DNA of 64,000 nucleotides from positions 67,435-131,434 of IMG/VR virus record IMGVR_UViG_3300032287_003808; one strand, 5' to 3'. The notes beneath the pieces are model-generated. The model saw only the letters and a list, made by a program, of their open reading frames with translations, ran no database searches and was not told the DNA's origin. The translations under genes were made by a program, and so were the position numbers. The stretch comes from a virus. Of the stretch, positions 1-9,406 are shown one piece after another (the first letter of the stretch is position 1; every line of letters starts with the position of its first letter).

Positions 1-290
1 ATAGTAGCAATATCTATATCTATGGGGTTAGTATTTTTATCTGTTACACCCAACTCATCTAATGATGGGTAAAATTGTTGAGTAATTGTACTAAAGAAAC
101 CAAGCGTTTGGGCTTTAAATTTTAATTCTGCTTCAATTCCTTTCTTTGGTTTTCCTGTATAATCTATCCCATCAATAAAAGCCACATAATCTGAAGCGTA
201 TGTTATCTGTTCTATTAATTCTTTATTATAGTATACTTCAGCTACCCAGAGCCCATCAGATTTTTTAATATCAAATTTATATGGACCCAT
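1..290 (-). CDS. hypothetical protein, partial (runs off window)
   Basis: ATG at 290 overlaps the upstream stop; open frame MGPYKFDIKKSDGLWVAEVYY... to the window edge. Confidence 0.7.
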   Translation of the reverse strand, partial: MGPYKFDIKKSDGLWVAEVYYNKELIEQITYASDYVAFIDGIDYTGKPKKGIEAELKFKAQTLGFFSTITQQFYPSLDELGVTDKNTNPIDIDIAT

Positions 291-1549
291 TATTGAACTT
301 TTGTAGTTTTAGATTTAAGACTATTATCATTTAATTGAGAAACAATATCTCCTAGTACTATTAAAACATTACCTGCTACAGCATTATACCCGGTTTGTAA
401 AGCTCCTCCAGGCCAATTTTTTTCAACTTCTAATATTGTAGCTAAATCCTTAACTGCTTTAGTTAATTGTTTTAATAGCTCAATTGTAGTATCACCTTTT
501 AAGACAGGTTCCGTAGCATTTTTAGATCCTAATTTTATATCATTTGAACTAACATAAAAGGATTTTGAATCCATATTTACACTACCATTAGTAGACATTC
601 CTATAGATTGTTGAGAACTTAATAAAATACTATCTGTTTTAGCATTAATAACAACTCTATTAGAATTTAATACTATTTGAGGTTGAGTGAATAAACTAGG
701 TGTTACTGGAGGTGTAGTGTATGAATTATATAATTCACTAGCTACTTTAAAATCTTTTAAACGTTGGAATGAAGTTAGATAAATTGATGATAAGTCATTT
801 CTTATATCTTCAGTAACCGGTAGCCATCCTTCAGATGAAGCCCTTGGAGATTGGCCGTTTCTAATAATCATAATAGGGTCACCATTACTACCATTATCAG
901 ACCAATTATTTTTATATATACTTTTAGATTTAGCAGTATTACCTATTCTAATACTGTTTCCAAATCTTCCTTCATATATAGTATCTCCAGCAAATGGTAA
1001 TAAAGGATGTATATTAGATTTTTCAACAAAAGTATCTTGACTAGGACTTAAAGGACTATTTAAATTAATTGTTATTTCTTCATCTTGAACTCTTTTTTCA
1101 AAACCGGCTGATACTTGATCGTATGATAAGTTTTGAGATGGGGCTTGTTGGGTGTATAAAGATGATGGGAGAGCATTATGGTGTGGGTGCCTCCAAGTAT
1201 TTATAGAATTTAAATAATAATATTCATTTTTTTCTCCCCCTTTTGATATAACAGGGGCAGGTAATTGAAAACAAACTACTACTTCATTTATTAAAGGAAA
1301 TGATTTTATATTAGGAAATAAAGGTTTAGCAATTTTAGTAGTGCCTGAATTTCCTTTTTCTATAAGGATAAAAAATATAGTTCCTAAAGAGTCCCATTCT
1401 CCTAATCTAGGGAATTGAGGGTGGTTTTCATCTAATATGATATCTGTGACTCTACCAGCTACATAAGCTAGATTTTTAGGTACTACACTTTTATTATTAG
1501 TAGGTTGGAGATTTTGTATAGCCCCGGTAAGTCCTAATCTATTAATCAT
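290..1549 (-). CDS. putative baseplate hub/spike protein (gp5/gpV-like)
   Basis: N-terminal OB-like region (AKPLFPNIKSFPLINEVV), EGRFGNSIRIG motif, beta-rich C-terminus ending in LGSKNATEPVLKGD. Confidence 0.5.
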   Translation of the reverse strand: MINRLGLTGAIQNLQPTNNKSVVPKNLAYVAGRVTDIILDENHPQFPRLGEWDSLGTIFFILIEKGNSGTTKIAKPLFPNIKSFPLINEVVVCFQLPAPVISKGGEKNEYYYLNSINTWRHPHHNALPSSLYTQQAPSQNLSYDQVSAGFEKRVQDEEITINLNSPLSPSQDTFVEKSNIHPLLPFAGDTIYEGRFGNSIRIGNTAKSKSIYKNNWSDNGSNGDPIMIIRNGQSPRASSEGWLPVTEDIRNDLSSIYLTSFQRLKDFKVASELYNSYTTPPVTPSLFTQPQIVLNSNRVVINAKTDSILLSSQQSIGMSTNGSVNMDSKSFYVSSNDIKLGSKNATEPVLKGDTTIELLKQLTKAVKDLATILEVEKNWPGGALQTGYNAVAGNVLIVLGDIVSQLNDNSLKSKTTKVQ

Positions 1550-1886
1550 CTTTAGAAGAATTAAAGTTTTTGACTTCAGCTAATAATTGAGCTTTTTCTT
1601 CTTCAGTCATTCCAAAATTACTATCATCAGAAGTTTCAGAGTTTAAAGCTCTTTGAACAATAGTAGCCATTTTAATAAGCTGCTCATCATTTTTAATACC
1701 TAACTCCATGTATTCCTTAATTAAAGGAACTATTAATGTAGCATCACCTATATCATTAATAAGTGGTTTAAGCTCACTTATAAGAGCAGATATTTGTTCT
1801 TCTTTCTTTTTTTGGTTTTGATATATCTCTTGAAATATATCTGAAAGTTTTTTCTTTCCGAATATGTTTTTGTCTAAACTACCCAT
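1542..1886 (-). CDS. helical hypothetical protein
   Basis: 114-aa ORF preceded by TATTTATA motif. Confidence 0.75.
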   Translation of the reverse strand: MGSLDKNIFGKKKLSDIFQEIYQNQKKKEEQISALISELKPLINDIGDATLIVPLIKEYMELGIKNDEQLIKMATIVQRALNSETSDDSNFGMTEEEKAQLLAEVKNFNSSKDD

Positions 1887-1922
1887 AGGATATTTTGTTA
1901 TAAATATTAAGTGGTAGTTTTT

Positions 1923-2618
1923 TTAAAAATCAATATAGTCATTTTCTAAATAGAAAACATAATGCTCCTTAAATATTTTTTGAAGTACCGTTACAATTTT
2001 AGTTATTTTAGGAGTTTTAACATCTATCATCTCATGTATGTAGATATAAAGAGCTTTTTTATTAAATAAATCTATATTATCTCTTTTTCTAAAAATTTCT
2101 AACACAGCATCAGCTATCTGAGCATCATTTCCTTTAGGGAATATTTTATAAAGATTAAGCGATACATGATCTACATATGAATCTATAAAACTAGATAATC
2201 TATCTTTTTGAGGATTACTTTCAAGGACATAAGAATGTTTTTCATCATGAATTATATCCTCTACAGGGGACGAAGATATTTTTTTATTATAATTCTTATC
2301 ATTATAAAGAATCAACCAACGTTTAACTATAGTACCAAAATATGAATACGCTTTGGCTCCATTGTGTGGGTTAAAAAGATGAATTTTAGAGAGCAAGAAG
2401 ATAATAATCTCATGTTGAAGATGCTCCAAATTTTCTACTTCAGTATGATAGAACTTAAATGTATGAATTATATTTTGAGTTAATTTGAAGAAAGCATAAT
2501 GTATTTCTTCCTCATATATCTTATTTCGCTCTATCACATCAGAAGTGCTATTGTATCTAACAATAGCATCTTCCGTTTCTTGAGTAAAATATCTTCTTTT
2601 TTCTCGTTTTTTTTTCAT
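1923..2618 (-). CDS. phage sigma factor, T4 gp55-like late sigma
   Basis: Region-2-like FNPHNGAKAYSYFGTIVKRWLI; located next to structural genes. Confidence 0.65.
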   Translation of the reverse strand: MKKKREKRRYFTQETEDAIVRYNSTSDVIERNKIYEEEIHYAFFKLTQNIIHTFKFYHTEVENLEHLQHEIIIFLLSKIHLFNPHNGAKAYSYFGTIVKRWLILYNDKNYNKKISSSPVEDIIHDEKHSYVLESNPQKDRLSSFIDSYVDHVSLNLYKIFPKGNDAQIADAVLEIFRKRDNIDLFNKKALYIYIHEMIDVKTPKITKIVTVLQKIFKEHYVFYLENDYIDF

Positions 2619-2902
2619 TCTTGCTTTATTCGAATTACTTTGAATTCATTTAATATATCTTGTATTTGTTGGACTGATTTGAAAAAGAAGCCTATCTCAT
2701 CATCGGATTTAAAAGTTCCTTTATTATCAATTTCTTTAAGTTTTTGATCTGATGCTTCTACTACTCTAGATAGTCTATCTAAGTATGCGAGGTATTCCAT
2801 TAAAACATCTTCTGCTTTTTCTTGTTTCCTCAAAAGGTTAAAAGTTGAAAACCCTAGAATTACAACTAATACCGACAATATACATATTACAACTACTAAC
2901 AT
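2615..2902 (-). CDS. membrane-anchored coiled-coil protein
   Basis: N-terminal hydrophobic helix. Confidence 0.75.
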   Translation of the reverse strand: MLVVVICILSVLVVILGFSTFNLLRKQEKAEDVLMEYLAYLDRLSRVVEASDQKLKEIDNKGTFKSDDEIGFFFKSVQQIQDILNEFKVIRIKQE

Positions 2903-2904
2903 AA

Positions 2905-3699
2905 TTACAAACTATTTAACATATTTTTTAAACTATCACTCTTAATTGAACTTAACGCTTTGGTTTTAGTTGGAGTTTTCTTTGGAGTGTCTTGTTGTGT
3001 CCCCAATGTAAAATTTCCTTTTTTACTATCCACGGATTTCTTACCTTCTTTTAACTTAGGTAGCCATTCACGTTCAAACTCAATACGTGACGCCATTAAA
3101 TCGGCTTGATGTAGAATATAAGGTAAACTAGTTCTTGGTTTTTGTCCTGGGGTAAATGAGATAAAGTATTTTTTATTAGCTTCATCATACAAGCCATCAT
3201 GAGTTTGGATAGCAATCATCTCATTAAATGTATATTGAATACCATGAGATTGAAGTAAATATAAGCCTCTATCTGGTACTGAAGCAAATGGTACGCGCTC
3301 ATTAAACATATAATCCTCTCCTAGTTTATCTCGGCGCCATTGATCTGTTTGAGGTAAATATGACTCTTCATCTTCTGAGCCTAGTTTACCTAAATCATGA
3401 TTTAAAGCTGAGAATACTAATTCTTCAAGAGTAAAAGTAGATGTATCGCATCCTTCTTCATCCCATAATTCAGCTTGCTTAATAGCACATCTAATAACTC
3501 GTAAAACATGTTCTACATACCCTCCAGGGAAAGCATTATGATACTCTTTTTTATGTGATGCAGGCATCAACATTAAACGATCAGAATACTGTTCATAAAA
3601 TTCTAATAATTTTTCTTTACGAGGAGATGAAATATGCTTATCAATGTAAGACATCAAGTCACCCCAATTTGCTTGGATTTGTTCTGCTGTTAGATTCAT
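2905..3699 (-). CDS. HD-domain phosphohydrolase (YhaM-like)
   Basis: PAS..YHNAFPGGYVEH, HDLGK, HDG and LHQAD motifs. Confidence 0.85.
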   Translation of the reverse strand: MNLTAEQIQANWGDLMSYIDKHISSPRKEKLLEFYEQYSDRLMLMPASHKKEYHNAFPGGYVEHVLRVIRCAIKQAELWDEEGCDTSTFTLEELVFSALNHDLGKLGSEDEESYLPQTDQWRRDKLGEDYMFNERVPFASVPDRGLYLLQSHGIQYTFNEMIAIQTHDGLYDEANKKYFISFTPGQKPRTSLPYILHQADLMASRIEFEREWLPKLKEGKKSVDSKKGNFTLGTQQDTPKKTPTKTKALSSIKSDSLKNMLNSL

Positions 3700-3717
3700 A
3701 ACTTATTTGGTTTTTGA

Positions 3718-3885
3718 TTAATTTTCTCTTTCAACAATATTTTGAAGATCATCTAATAACTCATGAAGTTGTTTCATAGCATCAGAAATTTCTTCTTTTG
3801 TTCCGGTGCCCATAGTCTGTCTTAAAACTCTAAGGCGTGCTTGTAAGGATTGAATCCTTCTCAAAGCTAATTCTTTATTTCTCAT
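3718..3885 (-). CDS. small coiled-coil hypothetical protein
   Basis: Likely start MRNKEL; promoter-like motif at ~3997. Confidence 0.65.
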   Translation of the reverse strand: MRNKELALRRIQSLQARLRVLRQTMGTGTKEEISDAMKQLHELLDDLQNIVEREN

Positions 3886-4006
3886 ATGATTATTTATTAT
3901 AACAGGGATGTTCATTACCCCACTTTCTACTAACTGTCTTTCTTTCTGTCTATTTTATGTCTTACTACTTGTCTTTCTTTTAACCCGTATAGCCAACATA
4001 CGTAAC

Positions 4007-4444
4007 TTAATCTTCAATAGCCAAGCAATTTTGAACAAAATCTTGAATCTTTTTTAAAAAGGCGCACTTTTCATATTCTTCTTGTTCTTCAAAATAATGC
4101 ATACATAATTTAACAGCGGTTAAAAGGTTTTCATTAGACGCTATTTCTAAATCTTTTACCCATTGTCCATCATTCCAATCTACCTGGCTAATCCAAAACC
4201 ATGCTCTATTATACATCATAAACTCTCCAGCTAAATCAACTTGGATCATATCTAGGCTTTCATCAGCTTGGCTAAAGAAGTTTATAATAGACTTTTTAAA
4301 AAGTAAACCATTAAGGATAAGTCTTTCAAAAACCTTAATTTTATAAATAGGGCTTTCTTTAAAACTCTCTAAGTTCTTACTAAGCACCTCACCATCATCA
4401 TCAGAGGTGGGGTTAAAGTAGTTAAAAAATTTATTTAAATCCAT
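4007..4444 (-). CDS. hypothetical protein with C-terminal UVR-like motif
   Basis: EEQEEYEKCAFLK. Confidence 0.7.
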   Translation of the reverse strand: MDLNKFFNYFNPTSDDDGEVLSKNLESFKESPIYKIKVFERLILNGLLFKKSIINFFSQADESLDMIQVDLAGEFMMYNRAWFWISQVDWNDGQWVKDLEIASNENLLTAVKLCMHYFEEQEEYEKCAFLKKIQDFVQNCLAIED

Positions 4445-4577
4445 TATATTAAAATTAGTTTAAAGAACTTAATCTATATCTTATTTACTTGATTTCGCCA
4501 TAAAATAGCCTATAACCCTAATCTAAATCCTAATATCCGTATATACGACCTAGTATGTGTAGGTTTGTTGATAAATA

Positions 4578-5042
4578 TTATAAGTACCTTTGTCCCAACA
4601 ATGTAATGGCTGTTTTGGCTTCCTCCACGGATATTTGAAAAAACTCTCTATCGTTATTTATCCTATAACCTTTTAAATACCTATGAAGCTCAATTTCTAA
4701 AGCGTGTGCATTAAAGCATCTAAACGCATATACAACACTAAACTCCAAAGGCACGCCAGTTGATCGAGAAATTTGTTTAGCACGTTTATCCGGCGTCTTA
4801 TCAGTAAATCCTATTTTAACCAAATTAGGCATAGTCTTATTTGTCAAAATGTAGATCCATGAGTCACCTTCACCTTCCCTATTTTGATACAGATCTTTTT
4901 TTCTAGCTGTATAATAAGTTACGTTATCCCATTCTGGGTCTTCTTCATTTGGTGTTAGGGTAAAGAATGCTGGTTCTGATCCTGTGAAGTCTTCTGATAC
5001 TGGGATATAATTGTGTGCTTCGGATTCACTAATACGTTTCAT
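4578..5042 (-). CDS. T5orf172/GIY-YIG family protein
   Basis: IYILTNKTMPNLVKIGFT, R...STGVP, E..LH, REFF; likely start MKRISE. Confidence 0.85.
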   Translation of the reverse strand: MKRISESEAHNYIPVSEDFTGSEPAFFTLTPNEEDPEWDNVTYYTARKKDLYQNREGEGDSWIYILTNKTMPNLVKIGFTDKTPDKRAKQISRSTGVPLEFSVVYAFRCFNAHALEIELHRYLKGYRINNDREFFQISVEEAKTAITLLGQRYL

Positions 5043-5043
5043 A

Positions 5044-5316
5044 CTAGTTTGGGTATTTTTCATAATACTCCTCTTCCGTCATATAAATTGCTTCGTTAAC
5101 TCGTTTTGTAAGTTCCTTAATGCTACGTTTTCTAGCGTTGACAAAAGTTAGAAACAAACTAGCTGAAATTATTAAGAACGAAATAATGTCCATGTCTACA
5201 ATTTCTATTACGGCTAGTATTGATTCTACTACACCTGTAAACATTAATGTGATGATTACGAAATCAATTACTCGGATTTCTTTTTCTAGTTGCTGTGCTT
5301 TTTCCTTGTTACTCAT
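5044..5316 (-). CDS. small membrane protein
   Basis: Two hydrophobic segments; own promoter motif at ~5350. Confidence 0.7.
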   Translation of the reverse strand: MSNKEKAQQLEKEIRVIDFVIITLMFTGVVESILAVIEIVDMDIISFLIISASLFLTFVNARKRSIKELTKRVNEAIYMTEEEYYEKYPN

Positions 5317-5654
5317 GACCTTTATTTTTTAATTATTAATTTCTTTGAATATATGAAACTAATTTAGTATATACAAATATACTTGGTCAAAAGGTGAAAT
5401 TTTTTTAAAGATCTCTTTTTGTGGGTTTTTGGGTTTTATCCATTTTTGCAATTTTGGAATCATGGGGTATATTCTTTGGGTGGTATATAATTATATATTT
5501 ATCGATGGGTAAAAGTTGTTTTCGCTCTATAAATCCATCACATTCCTTCCCGTATACCCATACCCCGTACATTGACCGTAACGCGTACGGGGGATATACA
5601 TACCTAGTACGTACCATATATGTACCATATACCGTATGCGGTGAGACTACGGAA

Positions 5655-5674
5655 GTGGGTCCTTGCGGACCCAC
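5655..5674 (-). terminator. hairpin after the last gene of the 5.7-10.5 kb block
   Basis: GTGGGTCC-N4-GGACCCAC 8-bp stem; weak U-tract. Confidence 0.5.
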
Positions 5675-5693
5675 CTTTATTAGAAGCGCTAAA

Positions 5694-5918
5694 CTACCAT
5701 CTCGTCACTTGGTCATCATTGTTTTTGGTTGTCATGTATTCCGCATACGGGTCTTCACAGTTCTCAATCGCTCTAACTATGTCACTTTTCAAATACGCAG
5801 CGTCCATCACGCTTAACTTACTTGTGTCGTAACCCATCGCCTTCAAGAAATCCATTACTGCGATGAACTGATCCATTACGTTCACATCTACACCATCAAG
5901 TTTTTTCAAATTTTTCAT
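5694..5918 (-). CDS. early hypothetical protein
   Basis: Own promoter motif, CGGTTATG start. Confidence 0.75.
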   Translation of the reverse strand: MKNLKKLDGVDVNVMDQFIAVMDFLKAMGYDTSKLSVMDAAYLKSDIVRAIENCEDPYAEYMTTKNNDDQVTRW

Positions 5919-5960
5919 AACCGCTATTTTTAATTATACTTTAATATACGTAATTCAATT

Positions 5961-6173
5961 TCAGAGTCTGTATCCCAACATATAATTGCCAATGTAACTA
6001 TCTAAACTTGTTCCGCGGCAAATGTCATACCCTGTTTCCGCCTTGTCGTTATCACGTTTCGCATACTCTTCTAACGCGGTGTACACTTCAGGTATCAATA
6101 TTTTCTTCCACCCTGACAACTGTTCTGCTTGGATTCTCATTCCGTCCACTACTGTAAAAACTTTTCTTTCCAT
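5961..6173 (-). CDS. early hypothetical protein
   Basis: Own promoter, AAAGAAACGGTTATG start. Confidence 0.75.
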   Translation of the reverse strand: MERKVFTVVDGMRIQAEQLSGWKKILIPEVYTALEEYAKRDNDKAETGYDICRGTSLDSYIGNYMLGYRL

Positions 6174-6213
6174 AACCGTTTCTTTAAATATACTTTAATA
6201 TACGTAACTGTCT

Positions 6214-6348
6214 TTAGTCATTAGTGTCCTTAGCTAACTCTTCAAACTGTAATATCAACAACGGAACCAATCCGATTAAACCCCAATCGTTCCCGAACGC
6301 CAATAATATCGTTCCAAATACTCCTACTGTAATACCAAATGTTCTCAT
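6214..6348 (-). CDS. 44-aa membrane peptide (not in ORF track)
   Basis: MRTFGITVGVFGTILLAFGNDWGLIGLVPLLILQFEELAKDTND; own promoter. Confidence 0.7.
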   Translation of the reverse strand: MRTFGITVGVFGTILLAFGNDWGLIGLVPLLILQFEELAKDTND

Positions 6349-6395
6349 AACCGTTTCTTTAAATATACTGAAATATACGTAATGTCATTTGCGAC

Positions 6396-6701
6396 TTATA
6401 CTCCCGTCTTTGCTCTCAATATGTCATCTAACATGTCGATTAGGTCTCCTAGGTAGCCATTACGAGCTAAGTCATCTAAATCGTATGTCTGGTCTTCATA
6501 ATACCCACCACAACAATCACATCCGAAATCAATATACTCACCTAACACTACTGTTCCGTTTTCGAAATCGAAACCTCGCAACTCCAATTTACCCACTTTG
6601 TCAAGTCGATCACACCATAACTCCATTTCGAAATCGATGTCTTTAATTTTTCCGAATTGTGTAAACGTGTTACACGCGTCCATAAACTCTCTTGCTGTCA
6701 T
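6396..6701 (-). CDS. acidic early hypothetical protein
   Basis: Likely start MTAREF (AGGTTATG); GCDCCGG motif. Confidence 0.75.
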   Translation of the reverse strand: MTAREFMDACNTFTQFGKIKDIDFEMELWCDRLDKVGKLELRGFDFENGTVVLGEYIDFGCDCCGGYYEDQTYDLDDLARNGYLGDLIDMLDDILRAKTGV

Positions 6702-6706
6702 AACCT

Positions 6707-6784
6707 TCAATTTAGAATATACAATAAAGCAAATTTAACACCTACTACTCCCACTGCCAATAATAAACATACTAAAACTTCCAT
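6707..6784 (-). CDS. 25-aa hydrophobic peptide
   Basis: MEVLVCLLLAVGVVGVKFALLYILN; own promoter. Confidence 0.6.
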   Translation of the reverse strand: MEVLVCLLLAVGVVGVKFALLYILN

Positions 6785-6834
6785 AACCGTTATTTTTAAT
6801 TATACTTTAATATACGTAACAATGTTTGGTGTTA

Positions 6835-6993
6835 TTACTCCTTTATAACGTGTTTAATATACTCTCCCTCATCGAACCAATAAAACGCTAGTCGTCCGTC
6901 TTCAAGTCGTAACGTTATCACCGCTTGGTCTAAATTGCCATCCATACTCAAAATGTCGGCTCCGTGTTTCTGTAAAAATGTTTGCGTTCTCAT
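6835..6993 (-). CDS. 52-aa hypothetical protein
   Basis: MRTQTFLQKHGADILSMDG...KHVIKE. Confidence 0.6.
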   Translation of the reverse strand: MRTQTFLQKHGADILSMDGNLDQAVITLRLEDGRLAFYWFDEGEYIKHVIKE

Positions 6994-7048
6994 GTACCCC
7001 GAAAGCCCGATTACTCGGGCTCACAAGGTGTATATTTAAGATAACCGG

Positions 7049-7471
7049 TTATGAAGCGGTGTCGTTAATTACTACTTTTGGTCTTCCAAGTGGCATCACA
7101 CCACCATTAGCGGCTTTCTTGGCTTCCATTTCCGCCAATCGTTTCTGGCGCGCACTTTCCCCATTCACCGGGCGACCTTTTTTCAACTCACCATTTGCTC
7201 GTTTCGTCTCTAACTCCACTAACCGCATTTGGCGGGCACTGTCTGCCTTAATTGGTCGACCCTTTTTCAACTCACCATTCGCTCGTTTCTCAGCCAACTC
7301 GGCAATTCGTATTTGGCGGGCACTATCTGCCTTAACTGGTCGGCCTCGTTTCCCTGTTGTCTCTGGCTTGGCCATGTTTGCCAACATCTCTTCCAATACT
7401 ACGCTCTTCATTGTATGAGCTCCTTTAATTCCTGCTGCAATCGCTGTTGCTACTAATTCATTTCTTTTCAT
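7049..7471 (-). CDS. AT-hook (GRP) repeat DNA-binding protein, Ala-rich copy
   Basis: Three ~29-aa repeats KGRPxxxxSARQxRxxELxxKRANGEL plus a fourth GRP. Confidence 0.8.
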   Translation of the reverse strand: MKRNELVATAIAAGIKGAHTMKSVVLEEMLANMAKPETTGKRGRPVKADSARQIRIAELAEKRANGELKKGRPIKADSARQMRLVELETKRANGELKKGRPVNGESARQKRLAEMEAKKAANGGVMPLGRPKVVINDTAS

Positions 7472-7521
7472 AACTGTTATTTTTAATTATACTTTAATAT
7501 ACGTAACTGATTTAACTTAAC

Positions 7522-7662
7522 TTACTCCCCACTTAAACTGATGTAATTAAATTGGTTGTAATCCATCTCACCAATAATCATAGATGCTACTACCGTTACT
7601 AATCCTACTACCGCAATGGTTCCCATTGCTCCTAATACTAATGTTTCAATCCAATTTTTCAT
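7522..7662 (-). CDS. 46-aa membrane peptide
   Basis: MKNWIETLVLGAMGTIAVVGLVTVVASMII...; own promoter. Confidence 0.65.
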   Translation of the reverse strand: MKNWIETLVLGAMGTIAVVGLVTVVASMIIGEMDYNQFNYISLSGE

Positions 7663-7703
7663 AACCTTTTTTTATTTAATATACGTAACCAATCTAACTA
7701 AAC

Positions 7704-7772
7704 TTACTCCTCATTATATTCAGAGTACCATTCAATCTTTTCCCAGCTAATTAGTCCATCAAAATTCTCCAT
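7704..7772 (-). CDS. 22-aa acidic peptide
   Basis: MENFDGLISWEKIEWYSEYNEE; own promoter and AGGTTATG start. Confidence 0.55.
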   Translation of the reverse strand: MENFDGLISWEKIEWYSEYNEE

Positions 7773-7822
7773 AACCTTTATCTTAAAATATAATTAAATA
7801 TAAGTAATTTACTTTAATTCAT

Positions 7823-8014
7823 TTACTCCTTACTTAACCATTTTAACCCATTAACATCTTTAACTTCAATAATCTCATACTCATTTTTATCCCTATCACA
7901 CAATTCTTCAAACTCAATCTCACCCACCTCATAACCTAAACTCTCAATCAATTCTTCCTTACTATTACTAATAAAACTAAAATTTAAACAATAATCAATC
8001 ACTAAATACTTCAT
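7823..8014 (-). CDS. acidic early protein encoded by a cytosine-free gene
   Basis: No G on the plus strand from 7805 to 8045; protein has no A, P, T, Q or H; own promoter. Confidence 0.8.
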   Translation of the reverse strand: MKYLVIDYCLNFSFISNSKEELIESLGYEVGEIEFEELCDRDKNEYEIIEVKDVNGLKWLSKE

Positions 8015-8050
8015 AACTTTATCTTTTTAATTTATATAAATATAAGTAAC

Positions 8051-8075
8051 AAAAATGGGGGCTCTTACACCCCCA
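8051..8075 (-). terminator. intrinsic terminator embedded in the next promoter
   Basis: TGGGGG-N8-CCCCCA followed by TTTTT. Confidence 0.7.
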
Positions 8076-8079
8076 CTAA

Positions 8080-8301
8080 TTAAATATAATCATATTCATC
8101 ATTCCAATTACACTCAATAAATCCTATCTCACTCAAATCATCTATATAATTATAACAAAAATCTAAATAATCTTTATAAATTATATCCTCACCCACCTTA
8201 AACTCATTTAAAAAGTTATTTAACATCTCATCATCCTCATAAGATTCAATCACTTCTTTAACATAGTCATAATCTCTAGTCTTAAATTTAATTTTTCCCA
8301 T
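8080..8301 (-). CDS. acidic early protein, nearly C-free gene
   Basis: Only 4 C in 222 coding nt; 20 D/E in 73 aa. Confidence 0.8.
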   Translation of the reverse strand: MGKIKFKTRDYDYVKEVIESYEDDEMLNNFLNEFKVGEDIIYKDYLDFCYNYIDDLSEIGFIECNWNDEYDYI

Positions 8302-8360
8302 AATCTTTATTTTTTAATTTATATAAATATAAGTAATAAAATTAAATAATTATGTTCCTG

Positions 8361-8549
8361 TTAATTAAATGTTACCATCCTGTGAGCTAATAAAGCCAAC
8401 TCCGTGTCATTAAAGGGCTCTTCTCCCTCGTTAATATATTTTCTCAATTGGTAGGCCACTATGGCCTTTATATCCTGGCCTGATATCTCCCCTTCATTAG
8501 CCCTCTTCATGGCCAGTTTGAACCTGTTTATTACTTTAATCTCATTCAT
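8361..8549 (-). CDS. early hypothetical protein
   Basis: Own promoter. Confidence 0.75.
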   Translation of the reverse strand: MNEIKVINRFKLAMKRANEGEISGQDIKAIVAYQLRKYINEGEEPFNDTELALLAHRMVTFN

Positions 8550-8595
8550 AACCTTTATCTTTTTAATTTATCTTAATATACGTAATTTGTTGGGG

Positions 8596-8826
8596 CTATT
8601 TTATTCCTAGCCCCTCATATTTCAATAAACTATTTGCAATATACCTATGTACGGCATTTATATTTTTGAATTGGGACACATTATCAACAATTATTTTCTT
8701 GTCTGTGTCCTTAATATTTTTAGTTTCAATAAAACTTAGAATTACTCCTTTTGCCTCATTCAAATCTCTAATCTGGAATACTTGTGGTGCCACCTCTTCC
8801 AATACGCTTTTAATTTTGATCTTCAT
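8596..8826 (-). CDS. early hypothetical protein
   Basis: Own promoter. Confidence 0.75.
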   Translation of the reverse strand: MKIKIKSVLEEVAPQVFQIRDLNEAKGVILSFIETKNIKDTDKKIIVDNVSQFKNINAVHRYIANSLLKYEGLGIK

Positions 8827-8885
8827 AACTTTATCTTTTTAATTTATTTAAATATATGTAACTAAATTAGGGGGTCTTATTCCCC

Positions 8886-9146
8886 CTAAATCCAATCCAT
8901 ACTATATCCCATTTCAACTAACTTATCCATAATATACTCTGGTAATTCAAATACACCATCATAATCTCTTAGGTAAGTTGTGTCTCCTTCCTTATCAAAC
9001 CATAGGCCTCCTTCGGCATAAACCCTTTCACCCCCTGTTTCAACATCATACAATTCAAACCAACCGTAGCCTTCATTCTTGATTCCTACTGTCACTTCTA
9101 ATTCTGTTCCTCGTGGTGATACCACCTTAAATGTTTCTTCTTTCAT
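8886..9146 (-). CDS. acidic early hypothetical protein
   Basis: Own promoter; YAEGGLWF..LRDYDGVFELP. Confidence 0.75.
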   Translation of the reverse strand: MKEETFKVVSPRGTELEVTVGIKNEGYGWFELYDVETGGERVYAEGGLWFDKEGDTTYLRDYDGVFELPEYIMDKLVEMGYSMDWI

Positions 9147-9195
9147 AACCTTTTTTTCTTTTAATATACGTAACTATTTCTAATGATTTTACTCC

Positions 9196-9342
9196 CTAAA
9201 AATCACTTTTCATTAGTTCCTCTATCTTTTCTTTTAATTCTCCTAGTAATTCAGATGTTAGCTTTTCCTCATCAGCTAGTCCATTGTTCATTACATTAAC
9301 TAATTCCTGTAGTACTAGTTGCTTTTCTTCCTTTAAACTCAT
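9196..9342 (-). CDS. 48-aa helical protein
   Basis: MSLKEEKQLVLQELVNVM...; own promoter. Confidence 0.65.
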   Translation of the reverse strand: MSLKEEKQLVLQELVNVMNNGLADEEKLTSELLGELKEKIEELMKSDF

Positions 9343-9372
9343 ATCTCTTTTTTTCTTAAATATATGTAATTA

Positions 9373-9398
9373 AAATAGGGGCTTTTACACCCCTATTA
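9373..9398 (-). terminator. terminator embedded in promoter
   Basis: AATAGGGG-N8-CCCCTATT followed by TT. Confidence 0.65.
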
Positions 9399-9406
9399 TT
9401 TTATTT

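Noticed and set aside
5405-5832. ORFs 5405..5674, 5421..5816 and 5620..5832
   Set aside because: They lie in the repeat-rich non-coding island or overlap a better gene; no typical start context
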